DNA from: Phoronis australis
Lineage: Eukaryota > Animalia > Phoronida
DNA: 64,000 nucleotides
Assembly (NCBI GenBank): GCA_002633005.1
Contig: NMRA01000265.1
Span: 441,892 to 505,891 of the forward strand
Direction of reading: 5' to 3'
In this document: positions 1 to 13,889 of the stretch, piece after piece
Position numbering within the stretch: position 1 is the stretch's first letter
Layout: each line of letters begins with the position of its first letter
Translations under genes and position numbers: made by a program
The notes under the pieces: model-generated
What the model was told of the DNA's origin: nothing
The model's database searches: none
Seen by the model: only the letters and a program-made list of their open reading frames with translations

Positions 1-77
1 AATAAAAAACCAGGCTCGTAATTGAAAATAAAAATTATTTGACCATCAATGCTTTCTTGGTTGTAATAATTCTTACG

Positions 78-453
78 NNNNNNNNNNNNNNNNNNNNNNN
101 NNNNNNNNNNNNNNNNNNNNNNNNNNNNNNNNNNNNNNNNNNNNNNNNNNNNNNNNNNNNNNNNNNNNNNNNNNNNNNNNNNNNNNNNNNNNNNNNNNNN
201 NNNNNNNNNNNNNNNNNNNNNNNNNNNNNNNNNNNNNNNNNNNNNNNNNNNNNNNNNNNNNNNNNNNNNNNNNNNNNNNNNNNNNNNNNNNNNNNNNNNN
301 NNNNNNNNNNNNNNNNNNNNNNNNNNNNNNNNNNNNNNNNNNNNNNNNNNNNNNNNNNNNNNNNNNNNNNNNNNNNNNNNNNNNNNNNNNNNNNNNNNNN
401 NNNNNNNNNNNNNNNNNNNNNNNNNNNNNNNNNNNNNNNNNNNNNNNNNNNNN
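78..453. other. Assembly gap (N run)
   Basis: 376 consecutive N followed by a poly-G run; the X-rich ORFs here are artefacts. Confidence 0.99.
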
Positions 454-929
454 GGGGGGGGGGGGGCATGCACAACCCCCTAAATCCGTAGTCATGAAAA
501 CACAGCCTGGCTGGTCCATTCTCCGGTCATTATTACTATGATATGCTTAACAGCTGACCGACATGCGACAAAATATGATCTAACTTTTCGAAAACATTTA
601 TAAATTTTACACGGACATATTTTGCTTCGTCGCGGCAACGACCCAACGCTTCCGATTCTCAACGTCTTTAGAAATTGTGATGCAGACAGTTGCGTGTCCG
701 TATTTTTTCTAGCCGTTCGCGGAACAACACGGTCAGAAACACAGAACTATGCCGATAAGCTAACAGAGCTATCGTAGCGAGCCTCGTTTTGGAATGCGCC
801 TCCTGTCGGCGTGAATAGGGTCTATGCGGCGTCCATAATGGCAATCTAAAAGGCGACATCTAACGACATACTTGAAAACTAGTCCAAGAAGGGAGAGAGA
901 GGCAGAATGAGCCTACGTGACACGACAGC

Positions 930-1181
930 GGGCCTCTGACATAGAAAGTTAGTTACAAAGCCGAGGCGAGTCGAGAAATGTCGATTCATTGCAATGTTTC
1001 TCGTTTAGTATGTGGTATAAATGGATTATTACATGTTCTCAGTCGTTATCCCCCTTATTCAGAGCCCTCGTGGATTTTGTAGAATTATCACCCTCGGGGC
1101 TAACACCCCTCGGGCGATAATTCTCCAACATCCACTCGGGCTCTAGATAAGGGGGGACAACGACTTCGCCATGTAATAATC
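930..1181. mobile_element. Dispersed repeat with a ~158-bp hairpin (MITE-like); inverted copy at 11307-11524
   Basis: 1024-1181 is a near-palindrome (GATTATTACATG...CATGTAATAATC with internal arms CCCTCGTGGATTTTGTAGAATTATC / GATAATTCTCCAACATCCACTCGGG). 930-1143 matches the reverse complement of 11307-11524. Confidence 0.85.
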
Positions 1182-1836
1182 TGTAATTATTAAGTAGTGT
1201 CCATTGCTGAATATTTTCCTTGAAGGAAACACAGACAATAAGAAAAGTTAAACACCACAAATGTGGTGAAGCGCAAGTGCTTGAGCATGCTGTAAAAGAA
1301 GCATAAAATGAAAATCATTGTAGTGGCTTCAGCGAGGAATATGAGAAATGAACGTAGCATTGGGCTACTGCACGTTATGGGTACAAGAGGAACCCACACC
1401 CGATGAAGAAGTTAATCAAAAGAAAGAGGTTTAGGCAAAGCCACGGCACACATTGAGGAAAACTATAGAGCTACCATTTCACAAACGAATTTACCTGACT
1501 GTCACCTGTAAAATGAATAACTAATTACATATTATTAATAGCTAAATGCTGTATTAGCCAAAGGTCCCAGGAGGGCAACCTCTTTATATGGAAAGTGCTA
1601 ACAAATAGACTACTTTTAATTACAACATGATTGAAGAATTTGAAAGAGCAAATTAAATTGGATTAAATAGCGGATTTTTCTGATTCTAGCTCAAGTATGG
1701 TACTGAATGTTTATATTGTACTGAAATTTCCATTTTAGTATTGGGACATTTTATCGAAGTGAACACAAAAACAGTGAAGCAGGAGACAAAATGATGATAT
1801 TTTGTGGAACACCACTTGATAGATACACTCATCTAC

Positions 1837-2061
1837 TTATTCATCCAGTTGTGGTAGAAGGGAAGACACAAATATTGGTCTATCAAACATTTCCCTGGTC
1901 TTGGCAATCCATGCTCCGTGATCCCATGCTGTCGCCATCGGGTGGTGTCTTTGGGCCACGTCATTTGTTCCCGCATGAAGCACTACCGCGTCATATCTTC
2001 CCGTGATGTCAGTCTCTGCAGCAATGAAAAGGTAATCCTTTTTAAGCAACTCAAGTGTCAT
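1837..2061 (-). pseudogene. SGNH-hydrolase/esterase fragment, probably ORF1 of a CR1/L2-type non-LTR retrotransposon
   Basis: Translation YDAVVLHAGTNDV...IFVSSLLP contains the SGNH block III (GxND) and the downstream xxxSxLLP typical of LINE ORF1 esterases; isolated and truncated. Confidence 0.6.
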
Positions 2062-2889
2062 GTGGTTTTTACTTCAATAATATTAATAAAATGGCAATAG
2101 CAATGATTAAAATAATAACAGATATTATTAAAATAGAAATAGCACAAATAATATTTACACTTATACAATAGCCTGTAGCAAAGAAAAAATAATGAAACAT
2201 TAAAATAATAAACTCAACAACAATGTTATTATTCACATACAACGACAAATTCAACAATAGTAATCACACACCGTGAACGGATTTTCAAACACTTCATAAA
2301 TAAGGTGGTACTAAGGTGAGGTAATAAGTAAAGAAGAATTTTTATATATGACTTCATAAGCGTAAAAAGAACAAATTTAATTTTCTTCGGGAATTTTTTA
2401 CACCGGCGTTTCTGATTGGCTAGTCGAATTTTTAACAGGCAGCGCTTCACGCAAACAAACTGGCATGACTGGTGGACTGAAAAAAAGGTGGTCTGTTTTA
2501 CAGACAAATCGGTGCTTAAAATTTATGTTCAGGAAATGTAAATCCCGGAAATTGTGATTACGCCTTTTTGGAGTGCAGCTTTCTACTATCGATGACTTTT
2601 GTTTACGGTACTGTCCTGTATTCATACAATATGAATAACACACCGGTTAAATGGGCTAGATATGTGTCTATTGGACATGTATGTACCTCAAGAAGGCGGA
2701 AAAATAGTTGCTACGACGCCACTTGCATGACAAGGCTAAAAATCGTTCACAGTCCGCCATTTTTACGGTGTTGTAAAGCTAACCAATGACTGCTGAGGTT
2801 ACACCAACCAATGCTAAAGCGCGTGCCTTTGCATGATACCTGCTTGCTGGCTAGGCACGTAGGGAACCAGCGAGGCTTTTGATCATTTC

Positions 2890-3042
2890 CAATGGCGGAT
2901 TTGGATTGGGGCCAAGGAGGCCATGCCCCCCTAAAATTCGCCCATATTAAATTTGGTAATTCGGGGTGTAAATGTCTGACGGGCAAATTCCTGGCTAATA
3001 CTCTGCCCCGCCCCCAAACTCAAAATCCTGGATCCGCCCCTG
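2890..3042. mobile_element. Short non-autonomous DNA transposon (CAxxGGCGGAT...GGATCCGCCCCTG termini); related copy at 5409-5540
   Basis: Imperfect TIRs; internal sequence (GGCCATG...CTAAAATTC...AAATGTCTG...CTCAAAATC) is shared with 5409-5540. Confidence 0.7.
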
Positions 3043-3824
3043 CTCTAGCTGCAGCATAGAACAGACATTACTTAGTACGTTTTGTCTGAGTAGACTTGAG
3101 TACATGAGGCCGACATTAATACAGTGATTAACTCGAACCAGTGTTCAGTCTATCGTCGCACCGAAAGCTACTAAACACCGGTCAGCGATAACCTGTGTCC
3201 GCCAATCCCCGGAGTAAACCGCGTGTTCATTATAAAATTTGCAAACTAAGCATATGCGTACCGACTAAGTACGTTTTATGATTAAAACGGATACAAAGAC
3301 GAATATAGACGGCAGACCCATATTAAAACCGCAATTTCTTGTTTTTTTCATGCTTTCATTCACATCATGACTACAGTGCAATAACTGTTAGTTTTCCATA
3401 AGCTCATTCATTCACACATTCCGATCAGAATACCAGTTTCCTATCTTAAGAGTGCAGTGCACTTCAGACCAGACAAGCAGCCATAAATGGGTGATACACC
3501 CTACATGTATGTCACGGATTTGGATCATACTATGCGTTGCAGCTTACTTTCTTATGTTATATTACTAAAATGTAGTTTAAACGATTCCTACTCTGATAAG
3601 TAGTTCAAAAGTGAGGCACATCAGTTTTCGCTCAAAATCAGTGTCAAATTTGAACATGAAATCTCACTTTTGTGGAATTGTAAAAATTATAGAACCTACT
3701 GGACAGTGAAATAGTTTGTGATTAACTCATCCACGGTCTCAGTAATAATAATAATAAATAGAAGTTGGAAATATTTACTGAAATTTCTGAGGATAACGGG
3801 GTCAAAGAAGGAAAAACACAGAAA

Positions 3825-4237
3825 ACTGATGACAATTCTTTACCCACCATTGTGAACAACAATTTGTGGGAATAGCATTTCAAGCATTTTCATGACGATC
3901 CTTGGAAAGAACGCAAACTGAAATGCGACTATTGTAATGTCAGTTGAATTGAATACAATCAACCTTGTGTAGTACAAGAGAACGTCTGTGTACATTTGTA
4001 TTTATCTGACAACGATTCTTTACCCTGCAAAGTTTTCATGCATTTTTTATGACGATTCTTGGAAAGTGTGTAATCTGAAACGCGACTGTTGTAATGTCGG
4101 TTGAATTAAATGGAACCGAATTTGCATGTATGTATCTGATAACCATTCTTTACTCTGTGCATTGAGAACAACAATGTCGAGGAATAGTTTTCCATGCATT
4201 TTTTCATGACTATTCCTGAAAAGAACGCAAACTGACA
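3825..4237. repeat. Diverged ~155-bp tandem repeat, about 2.5 copies
   Basis: TTT(T/C)ATGAC(G/T)AT..(C/T)TG(G/A)AA-like blocks recur at ~3888, ~4044 and ~4200 with matching flanking blocks. Confidence 0.75.
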
Positions 4238-5542
4238 CCCTTCAGCACTCAGTAACAGTAGCATAGAATATGCATTTGATAGATATTTTCAATCAACAGG
4301 AGATGTTTGTATGCATTATAGATGACTTTTATTCGCCGTTATTATGGAAATAAGAAAGTACGTGATCTAGTTTTGAAATCAGGCACATTCTCGTGTCTCT
4401 CATTAATGTCGGGAAGGCAAAGAATTTTAGATCACGCATCCACGGGTATTTGTCCAGTTTATAAAACTTTTTCACGTCGGTGTTGCAGCCATCAACACAA
4501 CACTTAATACTTCGTTAGCGTTGGAAGAACGAATAGAGTAATGCAACCGAGAAAAACTTGTTAAGAATAAGACAACAACAAATAACATGTGAAACTCCAG
4601 TGGCTCGAAAACGAGGCAGCAAATTTGCCTGACGAATATTTAAGGCATTGTGGGCAAATACGGCTAGATTCGAGTGTCGCTGTGTAATCCGGGACGCCTT
4701 ATTGCCATAAACCGCAAGTAAATAGTGCTAACTGTATGTTTTTAATTCTACTAGTCATGTGTGCTTCGATCGTACAGTTAATAGCGGAAAGCGATCGAGA
4801 AACAATCCTAATAAACTTCAGCACGTGCATTATACTCAAGTAAATAACCCAGGCATTAATCCTGAAGCTTACTGGAGTGATAGGCCTGCACTGACTTATT
4901 CAGTCCTGACAGTGGCGTTATTTTGAACTCGGGAGACGATTTGTGTGCGTTAAAATATTGCCCTTAGTTATCCGTAGGATTCACAAAGGAGTGTAGGTGA
5001 TACTCAAGCATTAAACTAAGGCCGTAAGTTATTTTTAGAAATGCCATTGCTTGAGAGAACGCTTGTTAGTTGTCCCGCCGGTTTTTGGATGTAGCGCAGC
5101 TTAGAAAACTCTTAAAAAGTTACTCAGCTACTTTGAAATTTGAGCACACGTCTTAGCCGAGTACAAAGATTTTATCGCTTACTTCTCTCCGAGTCAGTTC
5201 TAAATGTCGTCTTGTCTTTTACGCTGGCATTTTCCTCCGCGATAATTCTACGTTTCAAACATTCACTGACGACTTGCTATGCGAGGCTACCTAATTTTAT
5301 AAGCACCTTCTTGTGATGGTCACGTGACACAACAACTCATTTCTCTGACTCCGGCAAGTGTGCAAAAAATCCCATTAATTGGTCCAGTTTCATAAAGTTT
5401 ACGTAAGCAGTGGCGGATTAAGTGGGGGAGGGGGTAAGGGGGCCATGGCCCGGCTAAAATTCTCCCAGATTCCAATTGGCAGCTCGGGGGTGCAAATGTC
5501 TGCCCTGCCCCCCCGCTAACTCAAAATCTTGGATCCGCTCGA

Positions 5543-6760
5543 GTTCATAGTCCAATCTCGGGTGTGATTAAAAGAACGCGTAGATTAAGCACATTTCTAC
5601 GCGCAAAAAAAGGTACTCGTTTAAGAACCTTTGGCGCTTCATATCTTTGACGATCATCGTTCTGCTCTTATTCAATGCGTATATTTGCTTAATAAGCACG
5701 TAGTTTTACTTAGTCAACGCGTACTTTTAGTCAGTTCATATAGTCCAATCAGGCCCGTACTCTCAAATCTCAAATTGGCCATTTACGTGGTCAGTTGATA
5801 AGAATCTGCAACATTCTTCAAAAGTTGCCTTGCACCCATATAGAAAGCATGGGGGATATTGGACAATATGATGTGATTAAAAGTAAACGCTAATTTAGTA
5901 AAACTACGCGTTGATTAAGAACAGAAGGATGATTGTTTAAGAACTAAAAAACGTGTAGATGAAGCAAAGTAAGCGTAGACTAATATGCAGCGCCAAAGGG
6001 TTCTCAAAAGAGTACCTTTTTGCGCGTAGAAATCTGCCTAATCTACATGTACTTTTGCTTAACCTACGTGTACTTCTGCTTAATCTACGTATACTTTTGT
6101 TATTCTACGCGTATTTTTACTTCTTAAACGATCATCGTTCTGCTCTTAATCAATTAATTTGAGAGCACGGGGTGATTGGACTATATGAATAAATTAAAAG
6201 TACTCGCAGATTAAGCAAAAGTACATTTAGATTAGTCAGATTTCTACGCGCATAAAAGTACACGTTTAAGAACTCTTTGGTGCTTCATAGATTAAACAAA
6301 AGTACGCGTAGATTAAACAAAAGTACGCGTAGATTAAGCTCATTACTATGCGCAGAATGGTATTCGTTTAAGAACCCTTTTATGACGTGCCAAAGGAATC
6401 GTAAACGAGTACCATTCTGCGCGTAGAAATGTGCTTAAGCAACGTGTTCTTGTGCTTAATCTTCGCGTCCAATTACGCCATGCTCTCAAATTAATTGATT
6501 AAGAGCAGAACGATGATCGTTTAAGAACTACAAGTACGCGTAGATTAAGCAAAAGTACACATAGATTAAGCAAAAGTACACATAGATTAAGCAAAAGTAC
6601 GCGTAGATTAAGCAAAAATACGAGTAGATTAAGCAAAAGTACGCGTAGATTAAGCACATTTCAACATGCAGGAAGGTAATCGTTAAAATACCTTTCATAC
6701 AAAATGGCGCGTTGAATAAAAGCAGAACAATGATCGTTTAAAGTCCAAGAAGCACACGTT
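5543..6760. mobile_element. Cluster of foldback MITEs built from a 21-bp unit (AAAAGTACGCGTAGATTAAGC), termini TATGAAGCGCCAAAG...CTTTGGCGCTTCATA
   Basis: Inverted termini e.g. 5983 TATGCAGCGCCAAAGGG and 6288 CTTTGGTGCTTCATA; six tandem 21-bp units at ~6530-6656. Further copies at ~9800-9902, ~44775-44820 and ~45095-45287. Confidence 0.8.
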
Positions 6761-6947
6761 GTTAACTCTTATTACATGGTTAGAGGATGTTATAAGGATC
6801 CAAGAAGTATCCACCCCATAAGTAATACACAATCCGTAATCGAATAAAGTTTAAATAAACGCGCCACTCACGATTCGGGCCCGAAGAACATACCCGGCGC
6901 CATTTTGAACTTACAGCGAACCCGGAAGTACAATTCATTCAGGAGTC

Positions 6948-7104
6948 CAGGTGTGCGTTCCGTAACGCTATGACCCACGCTAGGACCTAGCTAAAATCTA
7001 ACCAAAGTAACGTGATCTCATTTGAAATACACAGCAATATATCACGTAATCTCGCGAAGTCTTGCTTTATAGCGAGGTCCTAGCGTTACTGAACGGGAGG
7101 CAGG
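6948..7104. mobile_element. ~155-bp MITE; second copy at 49314-49468
   Basis: TIR GCGTTC(A/C)GTAACG...CGTTACTGAAC; the two copies align over their full length. Confidence 0.85.
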
Positions 7105-10100
7105 CTTAGTATACGCTGTGTGTGCGACTGGAGCAGTGTCTGTTACCAGCCTCCAAACTATGATACAATAATCGACAGCGGGCCCTAACGTTAATAAAAT
7201 CGAAGTATGGACAATTGTATCGAAATTGCTGACGACATGTGGCGAATAAATTTTGACAGAAATTATTTTGCCGGACTCGGGCCCGCAGCCGATCGGACCC
7301 GGTGCGGACCGAGACCAGACACTGGCGAACGGTAAAGGCATGCGGTTGCAAGCTGTTTTGTCGAAGTAAAAGGTTCAAATCATAAATGCCTTATACATGT
7401 ACATACAAAGATAGTTTCAGACACTTTCATAAAATTACGAGCTGGTTAGTCCTGTGTTACACTGCTGCGGCAGCCCTTAGGTTAGCTAGCCTGCCAGCAA
7501 GCAGTATAAAGGCTATCGTCAAAATACCGTTTGTTAGTATACAGCTTTGCGCCAAGGCTACCCTTAGGGTTACCTCGTCCCTGGCAAAAATACTCGCTCC
7601 AACGACGTTTATTTAGAGGTTGGGGTCTCATGGTGAACTGTGCGAAGTGTTGGCTTTCAGGAGACATTTGCCCAGACTTTGCATAAGCGCACCAAGCCTA
7701 AAAACGGCGGGGGGGGGTCGAATTTTTAGAATGTGTACTTTTAGTGTAAGATTCAGTGGGTATGCTCAGCGCTATGACTTGCAGACGCCAAATGTTGGTT
7801 CTCCCTGCCCTCTAGTGGACTTTTGTCTCGTTTTCTACTTTTTCGAAGTTCTTGCTTCTCTGACTGAGGCAGACCTTATTCCATTTCTCGAAATAGGGGG
7901 CTCGTTCGAGCACATAAGTATGACAAGTCCAATACAAAATGTTATAATCATGTTTTTATTTATTAAGCAATGAGTACAAATGAACCACATTGATAATAGC
8001 AATTTGAGTGGAGGTGGCAATCTCAATGACAGAATTGCAAGAACCCACGAAATGAAAAACTTCCAGTGAACTTGGTTTTCAACTGTATGATGTTTTTTAA
8101 ATTTATGTATTAATCTATTGAAATAATAGTAAACCCAAGGCATCAAGAAATGTTGCCTGAAGGTGCTAGTGAACATATCATTTATGGCAAGCTAATTATA
8201 TCATGCTTTGGTCACTCTGTCATTTAAATGAAAGAACAAATCAGAGGACGATTATGATTTAATCATTTAAGTATTCCACAGTTTAAATCAAAATCAAGTG
8301 CTTTCAGTCTGAACTGTATATTTGGTTTCAGTTCCTTCACAGAGTCTTCATAAGCATTAATTTGTATTAATTGTATTTTTGTGTTAACGTGAATAAAGTG
8401 TATTACTACTTAAAGACTTTCAAGGTAGTTGACATATATATCATTCTATTGTACATCAGTCAAAACTGAAATAATCTCAGTATAGGAACGCTGTGTAAGC
8501 CAAAATGATTCAACCTTTTACCATGATAATAAATAACCAAGAATGCACAGTACTTTACAACATTTAAGCATTACACAAATGTCCAATAGCACAAGTTTTC
8601 ATGATATGAAAGTGGACATGCATGTAACTGTTACCATGGTGACCGAATAGTGTTTCCTTACACCAGAATTTGACAAGCATGATTTAAAAATATGAAGTTG
8701 CAAGGAACAAGAATTGGAGGCTTGAAACTTCACAATCCAACATAGCCTATTTCTCTAATTAAGATTCTTCGTATTGTTGACTTGATAACCTGAATTAAGA
8801 AAGCAATAAGTTACAAAACATGACTTCAAAGCAATTTAGACTTAAAATTTAGAAAAATATGATTCATTTTGTGACACCTAATCAAGCCTTGAACAGCAGT
8901 TGACAGTCAAACAAACCTCATTTCAACATTATTTCAAGTATTTTTTAGCTTAGTGTAAGAACACTTGAATGGGAAATTCAGAGTAAAATAATTCGAATAT
9001 ACAGTATCTTACACATGTATTTTTTTCACAAAAACAAGAGTAACAACTAAATTGCGAGGCTGAAATTTGGTGCAAACTGTGGAATCGTGCAGAATAGTAA
9101 GTAAAGTTATGTCTCACTAAATTTCACCGTAAATTGTTGGCGAAAACAATTTACACAAAGTTTTAAACTCGTAACTTATCCCGCTGTCGTCCAAGATGGC
9201 CGACCCGATCCAAACAAAGTGACCCACATTTCGCCACAAAAATTGCAATAACTTCGCACTGCTTGCCCCGATTTAGATTTTTTCGTATTTTACTGAGTAG
9301 GATGCATTATCTTTCCTATGATAGCAACGTACTTTTTCAGAACAAAAAAATCAAAACGAAAAAAAACTTTGGTTCGACCGCCCTACATAACAGGAACTAA
9401 ACACCAATGCTATTATAACATAATAAACATAAGTACGAGTAACATTCAAAAAAAATTTAGCGACCACTAACTACGAACTATAAATACACTATGTATACAA
9501 ACGAATCACGAGATATTACTAATAAAACAAAATAACGAAGACTTCGAGCAAGCGATAGCACACTCAATTACAAGGAAAAATGACGGCGTTCAGGACAAGT
9601 TCCTGAACTAACGAGCCGGACATGTGGGTACGGAAATAACCGATGACAGCCGGTAATTTTCAGCTCACAGAGAAGGGTCAAATACAGGTAAAAAACGCTT
9701 GAGGCACGAAAGGGTATCGAAAATAAGATTTTATTTATTAAGTATTTTCTGATACTGGAGCCACATTGTCAAATTAAGATAAGGACTTTGAGAAATAAAT
9801 GCACGCGTTGATTAACCAAAACTACGCGTTGATTAAGCAACACTACGTTGTTGATTAAGTGCATTTCAAGGTACTCGTTTCAGAGCCCTTTGGCGTTTCA
9901 TAAAAAGTGAGGTAAGTTGCACTAGTGCAAGATGTTCTAGGGTAGGGTGTGTGTGGACGGGACTAAAGCTCTTTCATTATAGAAACAACTCCCCAGATAA
10001 ACCACAAGACATAACTTGTTATGAATAATATTTAGACTAAGTGTGGCTAGTAGGCAACTGCTTCCAATTTTTTGACTAACTCATTTATCAAGTTGTCTTA

Positions 10101-11306
10101 GGGATCTGAAGTCTGAGGGTTCTCAGAGTATAAAATTAACGTATTGAACCAGTTAATAATAGCCCAGTAGGCGTGCACAGCACCACAAGTAGTCTTACTG
10201 TGTAATAAGTGATTGCAATAAGTTATCTTTGAATGAATATTTAGCAAATGCCGTATAATATGCCAATTCAAATAAATTAAATGGACTGTAAATGAGAAAA
10301 TTCCAGCAAAGCGGTGTATACTTTAAATGCCTGGTTTGCACCATGTGTGGCAATCTGTAATTTTTTAATCATAGACTATAGCGAGTATCTCTGATTTAAT
10401 TGTGGTTTTGGAGACTTCTGGAAAGAGTTGTGGGATACCATTTTTATTGAGGATATCTTGAGTGACGCCCCAGATTATTGAAAGAATGGCACAAGCACCT
10501 CGTGCACGTGCGGAAAATGGCAAGTTTACACTGCACGTCACTACACGTTCAAAGTAAAATAAAATAAAATAAATATGAAGCAGTATATTCAGTAAACCTC
10601 TTGGAAATTTCGTCAAAATCCCGAGGCTTGCCGAGAGATTTTGAAGAAATTTCCAAAAGGTTTTGCCCATGTCATAAATCTGAGACGAGTGTAGGATTTG
10701 TTTTCTCACATGAACCGCAAAAACGATCTTTTTTGCCGAAAAACTTGACGTGTCTAAAGATTTCAACCAACTTTTGTAAAAACATGCTTGCGCAATGTAA
10801 AGTAATACAGTTATTTTTTATTTATTTTGATAGTTTTATTTTAAGCTTACCAATTGTAAACTGCATTCAGCTTTCGTAACAAATATTCAAGTTAGAATCT
10901 AATAAATAGTCTTTGAAGTTGTGATATTAAAAAACAAATAATGTTTGTAAATAACAGTCAACAAGGCTTCGCCGCGCGTGACCTTCAGACAGCATAGCTA
11001 GACAGCCTCGCCACGTTTCTAGAGTTGGGGCATGTCTCCGTTTGAATAAACGTGGTAATATAATATGGGATTCGCCGCCCAATTGGGCGAATTGGGCCAA
11101 AAGGTCCGCCTCAGTGAAACAAAATGTCCGAATAAACGAGATAAAAGCCCACGAAGTGCACAGGAATCCGGCGTGGATGCACGATTGGCACACCTTAACC
11201 TATTAACCTGTATTTTTTAGTCCTCGTTGATTTTTTTCCAGTAAAAGGTCCGCATACCGAAGAATTCGAGCCCCCCCCCTTGTATTTTAGCCTGGGTGCG
11301 CGCATG

Positions 11307-11524
11307 GAGCCCGAGTGGATTTTGGAGAATTATCGCCCGAGGGACGCTAGCCCCGAGGGTCATAATTCTCCAAAATCCACGAGGGCTCTAGATAAGGGGG
11401 GTAACGACTGAGAACGTGTAATAATCTATTTGTACCACCTACTGAACGGGAAACATTGCAATGAATCGATCTACCTTTCTCGACTCGCCTCGGCTTTGTA
11501 ACTACTTTCTATGTCAAAGGCCCG
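11307..11524. mobile_element. Inverted copy of the 930-1143 hairpin repeat
   Basis: Reverse complement match to 930-1143. Confidence 0.85.
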
Positions 11525-11938
11525 AGGTAGTGACCTTTTAAGAAAGCCGAGATATTTTGTCAAATAATGCTTTTACTCAAAACCAATTGAAATTTTAAAC
11601 AAAATAGAAATAAAGTGATTCTATAAATTAAGGTTTAGCATCTACAATGGCTTACTACACACATTATCACGCTAATAATATCGTTTGCTAAAGTAGGTTA
11701 CCACTGGTAAATGAGTATAATGCTCAAGTGAAAGGATCCAGACGACACGAAAACCGCATTCAAATTGAAGATCGGTGATTTACAAGTGAGAGAACATGAG
11801 AGAAAAAATTCACTGAATTAAAATATCGTTTTTATGGAAATTATGCGTCTTATTTTTCATAGCGTATAAATGTCGGTACAATGCCCTTTGTTGAAGAAGA
11901 AATTGTTGCCCGTGCTATTTTCACTTTTGATGACGTTA

Positions 11939-12006
11939 GCCGCTGAGTGGTGCAGTGGTAAATTCGACGACCCGAAACTCTTGCAGCCCGGGTTCGAAAC
12001 CACCAA
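11939..12006 (+). mobile_element. tRNA-derived SINE head or tRNA pseudogene
   Basis: A box TGGTGCAGTGG (11948-11958) and B box GGTTCGAAACC (11991-12001) at tRNA-like spacing; no convincing acceptor or anticodon stem. Confidence 0.5.
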
Positions 12007-13889
12007 AATGAGGTAACTAAATGGGTTATTACATTCGAGGCTAATATTGTGGTATAAGCGGTGTTATTATCCAGGTCATGTGAGAAAAAATATCACCGAT
12101 GGTCGCCATTCCGACAATTAGATAATGGTAATATACAAAAAGTTTTAGTTTGTCCTATTTTACGGCTCGATTTTGTGACCGTCCCAAAATTAAACTCAAG
12201 CTGGCATTCGAAAGTTTTAATGGAGCTACGCTGAGTCGAATCTCCCTCCTCCAATCTCATAAGAAATTTGTGCATACTGGATTGGCTTGGCATTTTCAGA
12301 TTTACTGTGAATGATGTGATTAGGAATGGTACTTATTTATTGTTAACCTGTTTTTGAATAAATTATGGTTTGTTGCCTCCCCCCCTGATCAACCGGATAG
12401 GCTTGCCTTGGGCGTAAATGCAAAAAACGCACTTTGAATGCAATTATTTCAGACTGTAGGCGTGCTTTATGTGTGGGCAACACTTGCATGTGATTCATAT
12501 TTTGTGTTTTTTTGTAGAAAAGAAATAAACTGCGTTCCTTCAGCTCATACCCTGCCTGAGGAGGCAAAAAGGAGGAAGAACTGTTGATTGTCACCCAGTG
12601 GACATTCGATAAGGTCATTGTGTGAAACGGGATGCCCAAGGGTAATTGTCTTACCTGAACAGAGCTCAGTATAAACTGTGGAATTCATTAATCCGGTGAA
12701 TACATGTGCCTAAATGGAAATTATGAAACTTTAACGCAGGGTTTTATCGTTTTGGTTTTCTCATACGAAGGAATCAGGTTGCCGAAGAAGACCAGTTGTC
12801 CAAGTGAGTCAGTACTCAATACTTCATATAGGAGGTTGATGATGGTTGACATTTACAAGATTTCCAATTCATACCTTTTCTTGTATGCTCAACCACGGAT
12901 TACGGGTTAACCTAGTGTACGTATAGAGTATCTCTCGAAGCACTTGCATACAACGAGGAAGATGTTACCAGTGGCAATGTTTTCCTGAAGCAACCGATGT
13001 CTGAATGAGATTTAGTCTAGGCCTACTTGCACATTTAAATATCTGAAGATTTTCAGAGTGAATTCTCGTGGGCATTTGTTTGTCGTGTATTGCATCACAA
13101 ATCAGATATCAAAGGGTTGATTAATTCATGCCTTGCATTAACCTACACTGCATTAGCACTATCACAAGTGTTAGCAGGGTCCAAACTAGCCTAGATCTTC
13201 ACCTAATTCAACCGGGATTGTAGAAAGCGAGGGAGTGGGTGCGGGTGGAGCGGGAGGTGATAGAGCGGAGAGGACGTGTTGCTCTAGTAATATGTAAGCT
13301 ACTGGAAGGAAAAACTTAAAAAGTTGCAGCAAAACAGCTTGAGGCAAGGTGAACATGGAAAATATACAACAAAACTGTAACAGGGAAGAGATACCAAGGT
13401 CAATAGCGCGATGGACTAAAATAATCATCTAAATGATTCATGAGCCAAACCACCAGATGATGAAAATCACTTACAGACTGCAGCGCAACGAAGACCAACC
13501 GTCAGAGACACAAATGTACTATACATCATTTCCCTAAGTCAAATTTAATATTGCCTCAAGTGTGTTACGAATTATTTTGAACACATTTCGGTACGGTAAC
13601 AAATGACGGTAGTAGACAAATTTGGAGTCGTTAAAGAAGTATGCCACCCAAAAACAACTTATTTTGTATCAATTTAGATCGAGTAGTTCTACTCGATAAC
13701 GGCACGTTCGGTTGCGTTTCCTGACACCTGACGGCAGACGGAGGTGTTGAAATTATCCAATGACGTCATTGGTTTCATACGCAGTCTTATCGCTTGAATT
13801 CATCGTTTAACACCAATAAATCATCAAACTTCGATGTAAAGCCTTAAAAATACACCGATTTCTTATAAAAACGTGTTGCTTTATTTCGC

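Noticed and set aside
35-519. Three long ORFs at the window start
   Set aside because: They are translations of the N gap.
11939-12006. Functional tRNA gene
   Set aside because: A and B boxes are present, but no cloverleaf with a paired acceptor stem could be drawn.
12100-13440. Possible degenerate LINE endonuclease region on - strand
   Set aside because: Only vague resemblance; no diagnostic motif such as GDFN recovered.
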